The notes below the pieces were generated by a model. The model ran no database searches and had not been told where the DNA came from. It saw only the letters and a list, made by a program, of their open reading frames with translations. The position numbers and the translations under genes are program-made. From NCBI RefSeq assembly GCF_009914755.1, contig NC_060936.1: DNA of 64,000 bases, one strand, 5' to 3'. Positions 1-14,729 of the stretch are shown piece after piece. The DNA is from the human T2T-CHM13v2.0 reference genome, Homo sapiens. Within the stretch, counting starts at the first letter, position 1, and each line of letters opens with the position of its first letter.

Positions 1-249
1 ATATATATAAGAAGCACAAAAATACGCTTACTTCAAAAAATATATAAATGTGCTTACTCAAAAAAATATATATATATGCTAACTCCAAAAGCTAATAACT
101 TATCGAACTTCTACTTGAACTTTATTCCCAAAGAGATGAACATATTGAAATAACATGATTAACCCACAAAGCTGATAAAGTGTCCATTGACTTAAATGTT
201 CCTCCTTAGTTATGTGCCAAGCATTGTGCCTCTGTGTAACAGCAGCACA
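1..249 (+). repeat. Left arm of non-TE inverted repeat (runs off the window edge)
   Basis: Hand alignment to the reverse complement of 2289-2535 gives about 10 substitutions and 2 single-base indels over 249 nt. Confidence 0.95.
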
Positions 250-2288
250 GAAATGGCAATATACAAAACAATTAACAGTTAACTGTTGCTAAACAGTAAC
301 AATGAAAGCAGGTTGTGTCTAAATTTTCTTTTAAATCCCATTGTGTGACCCTTTACAACTTTCAAATAACTTCCATACCCATTACACCATTTGTGTTTCA
401 TAAACACATATTAGTAGGGAGAACAGGTATTGGCTCATTTTATAATTAACATTCAATATGGTTGGGTTTTGGAGGATCAAAAACTAGAAAGGATCAAAAT
501 TCATATTCAGGTCTTTAAAGCTTCAAGTTCTCTCACTATAACAAGCTGATTTATATATAAACAAAATATATAAAACTACGTGATTCAATTCAGTAACACT
601 GAATTTTCATTTAAATCTCATTCCATCCTGAAAAAGATGATCTGATATCATCCTATCATTTTTAAAGAAAACTGTATCAGCTGATATTAAACGTCTAAAC
701 ATTTTCAAGGTGTAAGAGCCAGATGACCATATCAATTAGGGTTGTAATTCTACTAAGAATTTGGGTCTATACCATGGCAAAACAGTCAGTTAATTTGGTC
801 AGTTTAGGTAAACAGGTCAGTTTTGTGGGAGGGAGGGAAATTGGGTAAGAAATATTCATCACATTAATTTTACTAACATTGCAATACAACTAAAAATGTT
901 ATTTGGTTGGGCATATTTAAACATTTAAAAGCTGCTGTAAAGATAATATTGTTACCTCATTTTTATAAGAAGAAAAAACTAAGTAAATCCATTTCTTGGG
1001 TGTGCAAAAATAGCCCAAGGGGAAGTGACAGACCTGTGAACAGAACTCATGAATTAAACCTGAGCTTGGTCTACCAGTTCTCTGTAATCAAGCCCCATGA
1101 TTCACTCATGGAAATCAATGCCTCTTAAACTCACTGAATGACAGACACCTCAACAGACACACATCTGTGGATTCCCATAGCTCCTTTAAAAGTAACCATC
1201 AGGAAGCAATTAGGGAGTGCATCTGTCTCTAACAGTCAAGGTATTTTTCCTTCCATTTCTTGCATCTTCTCTTAGGGAATGTGTAACGGATCGTCCTCTC
1301 TTAATGGTGCTGTTACTTGGAATATACAAAGTATGCTGACTTGTGAAAGGGTCCCAGGCTTAAACAGCAGGAAAACACAAATAAAGCTGTATTCAAAGAA
1401 GATGAATCAAAGTATCTCAGAAGAGGAAACCAGAAAATTGTAATCTTTCTTAAATGCAGCTTTGTGAGCTGAGTAATAAAATACAATAATGTAACTAAGC
1501 AGGAGGCTTACATAACTGAAAAAATGAGGGGCAAGGAACTGTTCCAAATCCATTGTACTTATTAGAACCTCTGATTTCCTTTGAAATGGCACATGCAATA
1601 AAATTTACTGTGAGCTAGCTAACAAAAAAATCTCATTTTTATGGGAAATAAGTATTGTCAGAAAAACGAATAGATTCTATTTTAAATCCTGAAGATTATA
1701 AAATTGAGGTTTTAATAGATGAAGAAAAAAAAAGGCTCCAGAACAGAGGCATCATGGAGGCAGTGATTTCTATTTAATCTTTTATCTGTAAGAGAAAAAA
1801 AAATCACCTCAATTGAAACTAATATAGTTTTCTGTGGCAGAATATACCACGATAGCTAATAATGCACTGGCTGTCTGTATTAAGTGAATTTTCTTTTTGT
1901 TAAAAAAAATCAGTGCTTGTTAAGCACATGAACTGTGCAAGTTTATATCTGGCCAACTCCTGTCCCCGCACCTGTTCATTCAGGCATTAGCCCTAAGGAC
2001 TTACAAAGCAAATGAATGTATCCGTAGAGCAATGGGTAAAAATAAACTGAACTATTCTTTTAACACTATCAAAAATGATCTGACCAAATAGAAGATCACA
2101 TTTCACGAGGTAAAATAGCCAAATGAGATGTTTCCTCACGTTTTATGATTGGTTTGGCTTATTCACTGCGTATGAAATAGCTGACCTTCATTCCAGGAGA
2201 ATGAGCAGCAACCAAATTTAATACTGTTTGCTCAGGGGTTCAAATCTGGTTTAGCTGGTTTAATTGCCTCTGAGGCAAAGTTTCTAAA

Positions 2289-2535
2289 TGTGCTACTGTT
2301 ACACAGAGACCCAATGCTTGGCACATAACTAAGGAGGAACATTTAAGTCAATGGACACTATATCAGCTTTGTGGGTTAATCATGTTATTTCAGTGTGTTC
2401 ATCTCTTTGGGAATAAAGTTCAAGTAGAAGTTCGATAAGTTATTAGCTTTTGCAGTTAGCATATATATATATTTTTTGAGTAAGCACATATATATATTTT
2501 TGAAGTAAGCATATTTTTGTGCTTCTTATATATGT
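2289..2535 (-). repeat. Right arm of inverted repeat
   Basis: Reverse complement of 1-249, e.g. gttcctccttagttatgtgccaagcattg vs caatgcttggcacataactaaggaggaac. Confidence 0.95.
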
Positions 2536-2600
2536 ATAATGCTTATTTTATATATATATAAAATATATATTATATATATAAATTATACATATATAAAATA
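2526..2600. repeat. (TA)n-rich low-complexity tract with a 22-bp perfect palindrome at 2544-2565
   Basis: tattttatatatatataaaata equals its own reverse complement. Confidence 0.9.
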
Positions 2601-2622
2601 TTCTCTATAATAAGAAGTTCCC

Positions 2623-2995
<373 letters not shown>

Positions 2996-3034
2996 TTAGC
3001 CATATTGGCAATGGATTCCTTGAAAAACCTAGAT

Positions 3035-3466
3035 GTGGTTGACTGAATCATTGTTCACAATTTTTCACATCTTTCCTATATTAGATAATGTATCCACATT
3101 CATCTACATTCTTCCAAAATACCATCCGCTATGGGTAAAATATTTTCCCCATCCCACTGATTTTGGGCTGGGCCATGTGGCCTCCTTTAGCCAATGAAGT
3201 GTTCCTGAACATGTTAAGAGGCCTTAAATGTGCTTGTGTGATTCCATTTGGGCTCTTGTGCTCCTGTCATGTGCTATGTAAGAAACATGTTCCTGGAAGC
3301 TATTGGTCAACACAGAATGAGTAACACACAAGGGAGACCTGAACCCTGGAGTCCAGCCAAGCCCCACCAGTTGCAGCTGGCTCACAGACCCATGTGGAAG
3401 GAATAAATGCTTATTGTTTCAAACTAGAGTTGTGGATAGTTGGTTGTAGCACACTGCTATAGCAAA
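3035..3466 (+). mobile_element. MLT1-family (ERVL-MaLR) solo LTR, old
   Basis: ttttgggctgggccatgtgg...gccaatg motif; 3' aataaatgcttattgttt...gttggttgtagca terminus. Confidence 0.65.
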
Positions 3467-3489
3467 ATGTCATCTCAGTGCCTCAGCAC

Positions 3490-3800
3490 ATTCCCTTCCC
3501 TCTACCAGAAATCATCTTCCACGACCACTCTTTGCCTAGTTAATTCCTACTCATGCTTCAGAATTCAGTTTAAATGTCTTGACCACAGGACAGATGTCAC
3601 AAACCAGATTACCTGCCCCTTCACATCCTGGGTTTCCTATTTTGTGAGATTCATCACTTTTGCAATGTTTTGCTTCATGTCATTCAACTAGAATATAAGC
3701 TTCTTTAAGCGGTGGGACCACAGTATATTTTTCATTGGTATTATTCTTAGCACACGACACACAATGCTAATACAAAGTAGATTTAATAAATATTTGTTAC
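3490..3800 (+). mobile_element. L2 3' end fragment
   Basis: ctagaatataagctt...aataaatatttgtt resembles the L2 3' terminus. Confidence 0.6.
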
Positions 3801-4499
3801 CTGATTTTTAAAAAAGGCCATGTGGTTCTACTACTTAAGAGTTAGAAAAGAAACTTAATTTGTATGAGTTTTGGTTTTCAGCAACTATAACATGAACACA
3901 ATAATACCTATCTCCTAAAACAGTGAGGATTAAATAAACCAACCATTAAATTTAATGAATTTGAGGAAAGACTTGTAAGTATCTGACACATGGGTGCATA
4001 AAAGGCATTTGACAACTGACAGCTTTTATTATGGTTGGAAAGATAAATATATTTGCCCTCTGTCTAAGAACTTGATTTATTTTAAAGAGATATTTTTGCA
4101 ACTCAAAAAAGAAAAAAATCAGATTAGGTTGCAACTTATGATTATTTAATTTGGACATTTCAAAGTATCCTGTTTACTTCCCAGGCTCTGAGTCCCTTTT
4201 AGAAGCACTTTCAGGTAGAATTCAGCTAAGAAGAAACAGGTTGGCGATTGATACTTGGTTTATTTCAAACATTTGTCATTAAATGACTCTATCCTTTTAA
4301 AAAAGAATGAAATTCATTTTTGCTATTTATGTTTATTTCTATTTGTATTCCTTCCCACCATTTTTGCTATTTAAAATTTTTTCCCTGCTTAATTAATTTT
4401 TTAGAGTTGGCACTTACTTATTTTCAAAATGTTTTTCTTCATTCCTACAAATAGCTTTTGGAATAGGATTTTATACAACCTAAATCAGTTTTTTTCTTT

Positions 4500-4850
4500 T
4501 GCCAAAAACAATATGTATCCACTACAAAAAAATTAGAAAATACAGGTAAGTGTAAGGAAGGAAGATTTAAATGTTTGTAATCCTGCCACCCAGAGATATC
4601 CACTGAACATTCCTCCAGATAGTTTGATTCAAATGCATATATTTAATAATGGTGGAATTATGTTGTACATTTGCCCTTTTGAAGTTAATATTTCATTTAA
4701 TTACCACAATTATCTTTCTATGCCAATAAATATTCATCTACATCTTTTATTAGTAGCCTTCCATCATAACATCATTTACCTGAGCAATTCCCTATTGTTG
4801 GAAATTTAGTACATTTTACTTTTTTCTTTTACTGTTATCAGCAGTATCTT
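4500..4850 (-). mobile_element. Old L1M (L1ME-like) 3' fragment
   Basis: aaattagaaaataca...aatcctgccacccagagata pattern typical of antisense L1ME 3' ends. Confidence 0.4.
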
Positions 4851-5284
4851 CATGAATAAGTGAAGAGATAAAAATGAGTTACTCAAACCTTTAGAAAACA
4901 CCACTTAATGGGGTCTTGCAGTTCAGAGCAGAACAGATCATTATCCCAACTGTAATCCAACCCTTTCCTTGCATTTCTTATTGTGAGTCTAGGACCATCA
5001 TTGGAAAATAATCAAGTTTGGTAGGTGGGCTAAACTAGAATCAGAGAATTTGAGGCAACACTTTCATTTCTGGTCTCAATAATGAATGTGTAAACCAGAA
5101 CCTACAAATCGACTCATGATCAAAAATATCATAACAGAAAGCAGGAATTCTGAAATGGGAATAAAGGAAAGAGAAGGAGACCTACAGACCACTGTTGCTC
5201 TCCCTATCTGCGGCTACCACGTCCATATTTGTTTTGACAAACACTCCTTTACCACAATCGGGTCTCTGGTATCATAAGCACTGA

Positions 5285-5420
5285 CTTTCCCATTTTACAG
5301 ATAAAGGCACTGAGGCACACACAGAGGGGCTGACAACAGTGTCCACAGTGCCACAGTTAGTAGCACAGCCAGGGTCTGAGCCTGTGTGTTCTGCCTCACA
5401 GACAAGTGCTCTTTTCATGC
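5285..5420 (-). mobile_element. MIR
   Basis: cccattttacagataaaggcactgaggcac is the MIR core. Confidence 0.75.
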
Positions 5421-5958
5421 TCACAGAGTTCTCAGTAATACTGGGAATTATTCAGAAGAGGGAACAGGACGCAATGCAGCAGGGAGATTAGCAGAAACAT
5501 AATTCTCCTGAGAGTCAGCATGGAGGTATTTGTTAGCTACTCAACACTGGTCTAACATCCTCGGTAAGAGGATCATAAATACCTCTATCCACCTCCCTAG
5601 GGCAATATGAGCATTATTGCTTATTTAGAAATTTGTCCCTGTAAGAGCTTTGATATTCTCAAAGGAAAGGTGCTGCCAAAAAGTGAAAATATTTTCTATG
5701 CTTCCACTATGCACGTGAGAGAAAGGAGATTTGGATCAGGTAAAAGAAGTATTGTCAGGCACATAAATTCTTTATCTAATCATATTAGGATAATACTCCT
5801 GAGCTCCTTGAATGGAGGCATCATGAGTACCTGCTGCGCTTAGCACATACCTTACAAAACACTGAAAATCTTACTCAACACAATCAGAACTGCTCATTAA
5901 TGAGCTCATCAGTAATGTCAGTCAAGAAAAAAAAAAGGGGATACATTTATGTTGTAAA

Positions 5959-7053
<1,095 letters not shown>

Positions 7054-7964
7054 CATAAACATTATATTTTAAATTAAATAAATATAAATGTATTTACCAA
7101 ACTGGTGGAAGGCCATGGTTCTTTCCCTCACTATAGATTCACTGGCAAGGGTCCAATACCACCTTTTCTGGCCTAAACCACACCCATAAGATCTCATTTT
7201 TCATTTCCAACTTTTCTTTCTTTGTAGGGGGTCAGAACTTAAAGACACTCATGAGCAAAATACTGTAGAGTTTATTATTTTTCCTAATCTCTTACTGTTA
7301 ACTAATTTAACATTAGTCTTTCCAAAGCATTCCATTTAAATGTCATTTTAATAATTCTCTCTCTCTTCACCCTCATGTTATTAAAGTAATATTAAAGTAA
7401 ATAGCATAATTTTAATAACAAGTAAAACCAGCACAAATATGTCAGGGAACAAACAATTCTGATTCTCATAAAGCACAAAACTCAACTCCTCAAAGAAGAA
7501 AGGGATCAGTGAGGACAGATGGACAGCTCTGTTCAGTGTGTTTTGAGCACCAGCCCAAGCCTTACAGAGGGAATGGATGCTGGTTCCCTCTATGAATCTC
7601 TTAAGTAGAAGTTGGTTTAAAGAGTGCCCACCATAGTTTTTTTTTTAAATTAGTTAATTATTAATATTAAACAGTGTATTTGTGGACAATGACAGGTGAC
7701 AGTCCCAGGTAGGAGTTTAAATCATATGTATCCATTCATACTCAAAGTTTTAAAATCCCATCCTCCCTACCCAAATAAATTTCCAGAGTCTGTCAACTTG
7801 CCTGTCTACATAATAGATATGAATTCACATTATCCTGCTCGTAGGACCATAAAAGACCCAGTTACTCACCAGGGAAGCCTCTTAAGATGAGAGGGAAGAG
7901 CTAGAAGAGCAAATTAAATCTCAACTTTTATTTTCTTCCTACTACTTACAAACATTGTAAGCTT

Positions 7965-8123
7965 TCTTATTATTTCTTATTTTCTGTCTCCCAACTTTGG
8001 AAGGTAAGTTCTGCGAGAGGAAGGATTTCATCTCCCTCACCTACCTCTGTATTCTTGGCACACTTAGAAGAGTGCCTGGCACAGAGAAGTTACATAATAA
8101 ATGTTTGTTAAGTGAATGATTGA
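7965..8123 (+). mobile_element. L2 3' end
   Basis: agtgcctggcacagag...aataaatgtttgttaagtgaatga. Confidence 0.75.
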
Positions 8124-8882
8124 TTTAATCCAGGTAAACACAACATGGATGTTTGCTACACAAATTTGATCCCACTTAATGGTTAACTTTTTGTTTTTCC
8201 ATTTTTTAAATAAATTTCTACACTGTTAGAAATTTTTCAAATTTCTTGGCAAAAATATACCATGCAAAAGGCTAGCCAGATTTTAATCTTGTCTAAATCA
8301 GGTCAGAAAAATCACTTTTATTCCAGAAAACACAAAGGGCAAAGTACAATGGCCAGAGCTGTATAACAGCTACACTCACCAGGTGTGCAAAGCGATTTAA
8401 TATTGTCATTCAGACTCAGCCCTAATGAGCAATCTTGTTTATCTACAAAACTGTGAACAACCCACTGCTAACAACCGGACATTGTCCCCAAGCCCAGCAC
8501 ACTTCATGTCAACTCTCGATGCACCCACAATCTAGGACCGTTATTAGAACTTCTAATAAGGACCATGATAGAACTGCTGAGAAATAAAGAAAAAAATGGA
8601 TTTCATGCACGTGCTTTAAAACTTTATGTTTAGTTATTTTAAGCATATGTTTTGTTCTGGTACACTTAGATTTGCAACTGAAAAGAGAAAGGCATATCAG
8701 AAAGAAGTTTTTTGTTAAAGCAGACTGATGAAGAAACCAATGCTAGATGGAAAGCACAACTCATTTTAAGTTACCGGAGAAAGCAACAGAAAGTTTCTCC
8801 AAAAGAAAGAAAAAATAAAGAAAGAAGCAGCCAATTGGAGAGTTACTTATTTTTATTATGCCAATTAAAAAGATAGTCAAGG

Positions 8883-9176
8883 GGCCAGGCACGGTGGGTC
8901 ACTCCTGTAATCCCAGCACTTTTCAAGGCAGAGGTGGGTGGATCATTTGAAGTCAGAAGTTCAAGACCAGCCTGGCCAACATGGTGAAACCCTGTGTCTA
9001 CTAAAGATACAAAAATTAGACGGGCGTGGTGGTGGGTGCCTGTATTCCCAGCTACTTGGGAGGCTGAGGCAGTTGAACCTGGGAGGCGGAGGTTGCAGTG
9101 AGCCAAGATTGCACCACTGCACTCCAGCCTGGGCGACAGAGTGAGACTTCAACTCAAAAAAAAAAAAAAAAAAAAA
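8883..9176 (+). mobile_element. AluSx-like with 9-bp right-arm deletion
   Basis: Alu dimer, A21 tail, short TSD agtcaagg. Confidence 0.95.
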
Positions 9177-9198
9177 GTCAAGGGCTTCATGCCACGTC

Positions 9199-9491
9199 TT
9201 TTTTTTTTTTTTTTTTTTTGAGACAGAGTCTCACTGTGTTGCCCAGGTTGGAGTACAGTGGCTCAGTCTTGGCTCACTGCAATCTCTGCCTCCCAGGTTC
9301 AAGTGATCAGCCTCCTGAATAGCTGGGACTACAGACGTGTGCCACCATGCCCAACAAATTTTTGTATTTTTAGTAGAGATGAGGTTTCACCATATTGGCC
9401 AGGCTAGTCTCGAACTCCTGACCTCAAGTGATCCGCCCACCTCGGCCTCCCAAAGTGTTGTGATTACAGGTGTGAGCCACCATGCCTGGCC
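9199..9491 (-). mobile_element. AluS with 10-bp right-arm deletion
   Basis: T21 tail followed by gagacagagtctc...catgcctggcc. Confidence 0.95.
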
Positions 9492-9861
9492 CCACATGTC
9501 TCCACAGAGTGAACATGACCACGATCTTTCTTCAAGCATCACCTTTGATAGCCTTTCAATATAGAGTTATGGGCTTTACTTCAAACATTAACTCGTCTTC
9601 CACATTCAGTTATCAAAGCCATTGAATACAACCTTTAAAACATTTTGCAAGTTCAGCACTTCTTCTCCATCCCATTGATACTGATTCAGACTCTGCTCCT
9701 CATTGCAATGAGCTGTTATAACAGCTCCTGAATGATATACTTGCCAGTGCTCTATCCTTGTGCTAATCCATCTCCATGAAGCCACCAGGCTTCCCTCTGA
9801 CCCAGACTCCCTGGCATACCATTTAAGGCTTTCACCCCAACTCAACTTACCTCCGAAATCC

Positions 9862-10154
9862 TTTTTTTTTTTTTTTTTTTTTTTTGCTCTATCGCCCAGA
9901 CTGGAGTGCAGTGGCGCGATCTCGGCTCACTGCAACCTTCATCTCCCGAGTTCAAGCAATTCTCTGCCTCAGCCTCCCGAGTAGCTGAGATTATAGGCGC
10001 CCACCACCACGCCTGGCTAATTTCTTTGTATTTTTCAATAGAGATGGGGTTTCACCATCTAGGCCAGGTTGGTCTGGAACTCCTGACCTCATGATCCACC
10101 AGCCTCGGCCTTCCAAAGTGCTGGGATTACAGGTGTGAGCCACCATGCCCGGCC
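9862..10154 (-). mobile_element. AluS (Sc/Sg-like)
   Basis: Poly(T), dimer, acctcatgatcc 2-bp deletion form; TSD gaaatcct on both sides. Confidence 0.95.
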
Positions 10155-10299
10155 TGAAATCCTATTTCTAGTCAATCCCCCTGCAGCATATATTTTATGC
10201 TTTAGGCACAATTAGTAGACAGTGGGCTACATGAGTCTGAAGCCCAGTGGGACAATCTGGAGCAACTGAACATTTGTAAATAGAGTAGTTCACGATTTC

Positions 10300-10692
10300 T
10301 GTGGTGGATACTGTGATGCGCCACTCAGATCCTTCAAGAGCATGATGCTCATTCTTCCAGCTGCAGGGGAGTGCTGACTCACAGCTAACTCTCTTTCCAA
10401 AGAAGCTGCCTTACTCAAGCTCACATCCCCTCCAAACTGGCAGCCCATATCCAGTGACTGGTTGAGGCAGAGCACAGAAGCCCAGACCCCTTGCCTTGAT
10501 GGCAGATAACTCTGAAGGGTGATCCCAGCTTGAGGACTCATCCTGCGCCATGGGCTCTGTGTTGGCTATATTATAGCTTACCTTCTCCTTCTGTCCAGTC
10601 CTGCTTCCCTTACTTCCAAGGAATTCTTCCCTATAAAGCTTCTGCATAGGAATCTTAGGCACAGGGCCTGATTCCAGGAAACCCCACCTGAG
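10300..10692 (+). mobile_element. LTR16-family (ERVL) solo LTR
   Basis: tgtggtggatactgtgatgcgccactcagatcc start; ggcagcccatatccagtgactgg and actctgaagggtgatcccagct motifs. Confidence 0.75.
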
Positions 10693-10894
10693 GTGGTTTT
10701 ATTTACATTTTACTCGAAATATTATTATCTTATAAAAATGACTTGCTTTTTAATTAATGTTTATGCTTGACCATTTCAACTTTTTTAAGGTTTCATTTTA
10801 ATTCAAAGTGTTTAATTGAAAGGAAGGAACATCTGTATATATTTTTAAAGTATTAATTCCTATCCAGCTCCACAATCAGATATTGCTTAAAATA

Positions 10895-11090
10895 TTGGAG
10901 TCAGAACTCTGAAACCTGGCTCCATCATTTCCCGGCTGTGTAATCTTCAGTAGGTTACACAGCCCCTCTGTGTTTCCGTTTCCTCACCTACAAATTGAGG
11001 ATAATAACAACAAAATGATCCTAAATAAACTACTGGGAAGACTAAATGAGTTATCATATATAAAGCATTAAGAATGATGCTTAGCAAAAA
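10895..11090 (+). mobile_element. MIR
   Basis: ttggagtcaga...tttcctcacctacaaattgaggataataa. Confidence 0.8.
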
Positions 11091-11104
11091 TACATGTGCT
11101 AAAA

Positions 11105-11410
11105 TTCATTAGGGTAACACTAGCTGCTATAACAAACAGACCTAAAATTGTTCAATGACTTGACTATATAATAGATATTTCTTCCTCATTTGTCTACACG
11201 GTTTTACAAGGACTTAGGTTGATAGATGCACAGTTTTCTTCACTACATAGTTTCTCCATCCCAATTGGCCAGAAAAGGGAAAGAACATGAAGGAGTATGT
11301 ACCAGAGAATTCTACGGAGGTCATTCTTCCTGCTCAAATCCCATTGGCCGGAACATAATCACATGGCCACACCTAACTGCAAAGGAGGCTGGGAAGTGCA
11401 GGCTAGACAA
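11105..11410 (-). mobile_element. MLT1J/K-like LTR
   Basis: cccattggccggaacataatcacatggccacacctaactgcaaaggaggctgggaa motif. Confidence 0.7.
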
Positions 11411-11499
11411 TGGATTGTAATGACTAGCTGTCTATACAGCAGACTTTGCTGTACTGATAATTATTGTTATCATCTCATTATTACCAACTTTCGAGCTTG

Positions 11500-11960
11500 G
11501 GCTCTTATCTCCACTTACCTAGAATGTTGCAAAAGCCTCCTCACTGGTCTCTCTAACTCCAGGCTATTTGCCATCCCAAATCCTTCCTCCACAACAAACC
11601 CAGAGTTATTTATGTAAAACACCAAGTCTGATCTTTTCCCTCACCGTCCTCCAGCTTCAGTTTAATATCCTTCTGTGACCTCCCCACTGCCTCAGGTTCC
11701 AGTCAAGTCCCCTTCATTGCCTTCGTGACTCAGTCCCTCCACATCCCTTTAGTTCATCTCCAAAATCCCCGCCCACCTTGCAGCGGGTGTTTGCGATTTG
11801 ACACCCACTTTGTGCCTGCAACAGTGCTGGACATAGGCTACTCCAGTGAAGAAAGCGGGCGGGATCCCTGCTACATTTTAATGAGGTAGCAGAAAAAACA
11901 AGTAAACAAATAAATATGTAATATTAAGCTATAAGGAGTACAGTGAAGAAAGATACAGGG
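11500..11960. mobile_element. L2 fragments (plus 11500-11760, minus 11800-11960)
   Basis: gcctcctcactggtctc... and agtaaacaaataaat...gctataaggag L2 signatures. Confidence 0.55.
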
Positions 11961-12461
11961 TAAAAAAAAATGGGGGCGGTGAGCTAAATGAACAGGTAGT
12001 AAATAACAGCTTAAATTTCACGTGCAAGTGATAGCCATTCTGCAGCAGGATGCATTGTGGACTTTTTATCTTCACTATCATTACCCACACCCCTGAGACT
12101 GCATATTACAAAAGAGTTCTTATCATTGACCTATATTTGCATTCCTTTTAGCTTCTTTTATGGCTGTTATTCAGGGAAATAATATAGAGCACTAAAGATT
12201 GCCTAATGTGCTATTTGTGTGGGATGCTGAGAGAATATCATTTGCTATTGCCCCACGGGGCAGTGACGGTACAAATGACTCAATTTTTTTCCCTGCAACC
12301 TTCTTTGCAGGAAAATTCAACTAAAAATATTTAATAAAACCAAGTTTTACTCAAGTATAAAAAACTGTTGTTTTTTAAAGTTCCCTGGGCTATGTTACTG
12401 TCACCGTGGTAGCTTAAAAAGTATTACATATGTGATGTTCCTGTCACTTTACTGGATTTAG

Positions 12462-12852
<391 letters not shown>

Positions 12853-13681
12853 TGAATTTTTTTTAATATAAGAAATCAATATAAAGACAAAATAAAAACG
12901 GGTAAAATGTGTGCCTTTAACCTAAGGTATAGACAAACCCTTATTATCCTCATCTAACACACAGACCTTAATTCTACTGCTGATTTCCTTCCCACTTCTC
13001 TTCAACTCAGAAGCACTTTCTGAGGCAAAACATAGCTTCAGCTTTCTGGTCTCATGGCAACTTGGCAGCACAAGGCTTCTAGGCTAAAATCCCAGCTTCC
13101 ATGGATCCACGCTGTTTCAGTCACAAATATTTACCTTGCCTGGCTCCGCAGGCTAATTAAAGGGGTAGGCTCTGTTCCTCTTGGCTCTCCTCTAAATTGC
13201 TTTTAGAGGAAGAAGCAGTGGCGGGACCAGAATGGCAGCCCCATCACTCATCTCCACAGCCACACGGTGACTACCTTACAAATATCCTGTTCAGATCAGA
13301 AAAGGGGTTTGCAGCCACGCCCTTGCCTCTCTCCAGCTAGATCTGAAATTGCACATCCCAACGATGATTTCCCCTGGAAGCTGACATTAGCCCTAGCAGC
13401 GTATGTGACTGATGGTGCCTCTGAAAGAGGGACTCTCAGGATCAAATACTAAGAGCTTATTATACCAGTTAGAACACAGTGTTTCACTGTGAATATATAC
13501 TTTTATTATAAAAATGACATATGCTTATTATAAACAATTCAAGGTGAAGAAAAGTTGGGAAGTTCACAGGGAATTTTTCTTCTGCTCTCACTCAGCCCCA
13601 GCACTGATCCAAAGACTGCCCTCCCTCTAGAAACCTCTTTTATCAGTTTCTGGCATTTTCTATGCATCCACAAGCAAATGG

Positions 13682-13687
13682 ATATAT

Positions 13688-13718
<31 letters not shown>

Positions 13719-13752
13719 CACACACACAAACATACATATATATATATATATG
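13682..13752. repeat. Compound (TA)n/(CA)n microsatellite
   Basis: Directly visible. Confidence 0.95.
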
Positions 13753-14095
13753 CATTTAAATAAATCACTCTAAAGGCTTTAAAGTGATTTCATAATAACA
13801 AGCAAGTCCACATTTGATAAACCATAAAATGGAGTCACATAGTTCCAGTCAGCAAAGGGCTTGGCCCTTCCTACAAAGCAGAGTCACTGGGTGAATCCTG
13901 CTTACAACTCACAATCGAGTCAAGAAGCCAGAATCAAATTGCCAGGCCCAGGAAGCAATCAGAACATGAGGTGAGGTTACAACTCTGAAAACAGATACTC
14001 AAAGTCTGGGCAGGGGAGGGAAATCAATGGAGAAGGTAGAAATACACTCTGAAAGGCAAGGGGCTCAGAGTGCTGGGTCTAGTTGGAAGGGGAGG

Positions 14096-14451
14096 TGATA
14101 TGGTTTGGCTGTGTCCCCATCCAAATCTCATCTTGAATTGTAGTTCCCATTATCCCCACCTGTCTTGGGAGGGACCCAGGGGGAGGTAATTAAATCACGG
14201 GAGCAGTTTTTTCCCATGCTGTTCTTGTGATAGTGAATAAGTTTCATGAGATCTGATGATTTTATAAAGGACAGTTCCCCTGCACATGCTCTCTTGCCTG
14301 CTGCCATGTAAGACATGCATTTGCTCCTCCTTCAACTTCACCATGATTGTGAAGCTTCCCCAGCCATGTGAAACTGTAAGTCCATTAAATCTCTTTTCCT
14401 TTATACCAGTCTTGGGTATTTATTATAGCAGTGTAAGAACAGACTAATACA
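14096..14451 (+). mobile_element. THE1C-like solo LTR
   Basis: tgatatggtttggctgtgtcccc...actaataca; 5-bp TSD ggagg/ggaga. Confidence 0.9.
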
Positions 14452-14729
14452 GGAGAGAAAGCACCCCAGGGTTTACTGTCATCACTGGGGTGATGGGTAG
14501 GGAGCAGAAGTGGAGAAGTGGCAATTTGAGTTTGCCTTACAGGAAGAAGCAAAGATACCACTGGAAAAACAGAACACATCCATCCACAAGTTGAGAGGAG
14601 ACAGAGAAGCCCACAGGGGCTGAAGCTGGATGGCGTCTACCTGGGAGGCAGTCTCCCTCTGCCTCCTCTTTGAGAGATTTCTAATAATATTATAAGTTGC
14701 CTTTCAGCTTGCTTTTGTTGCTTTCTTCT

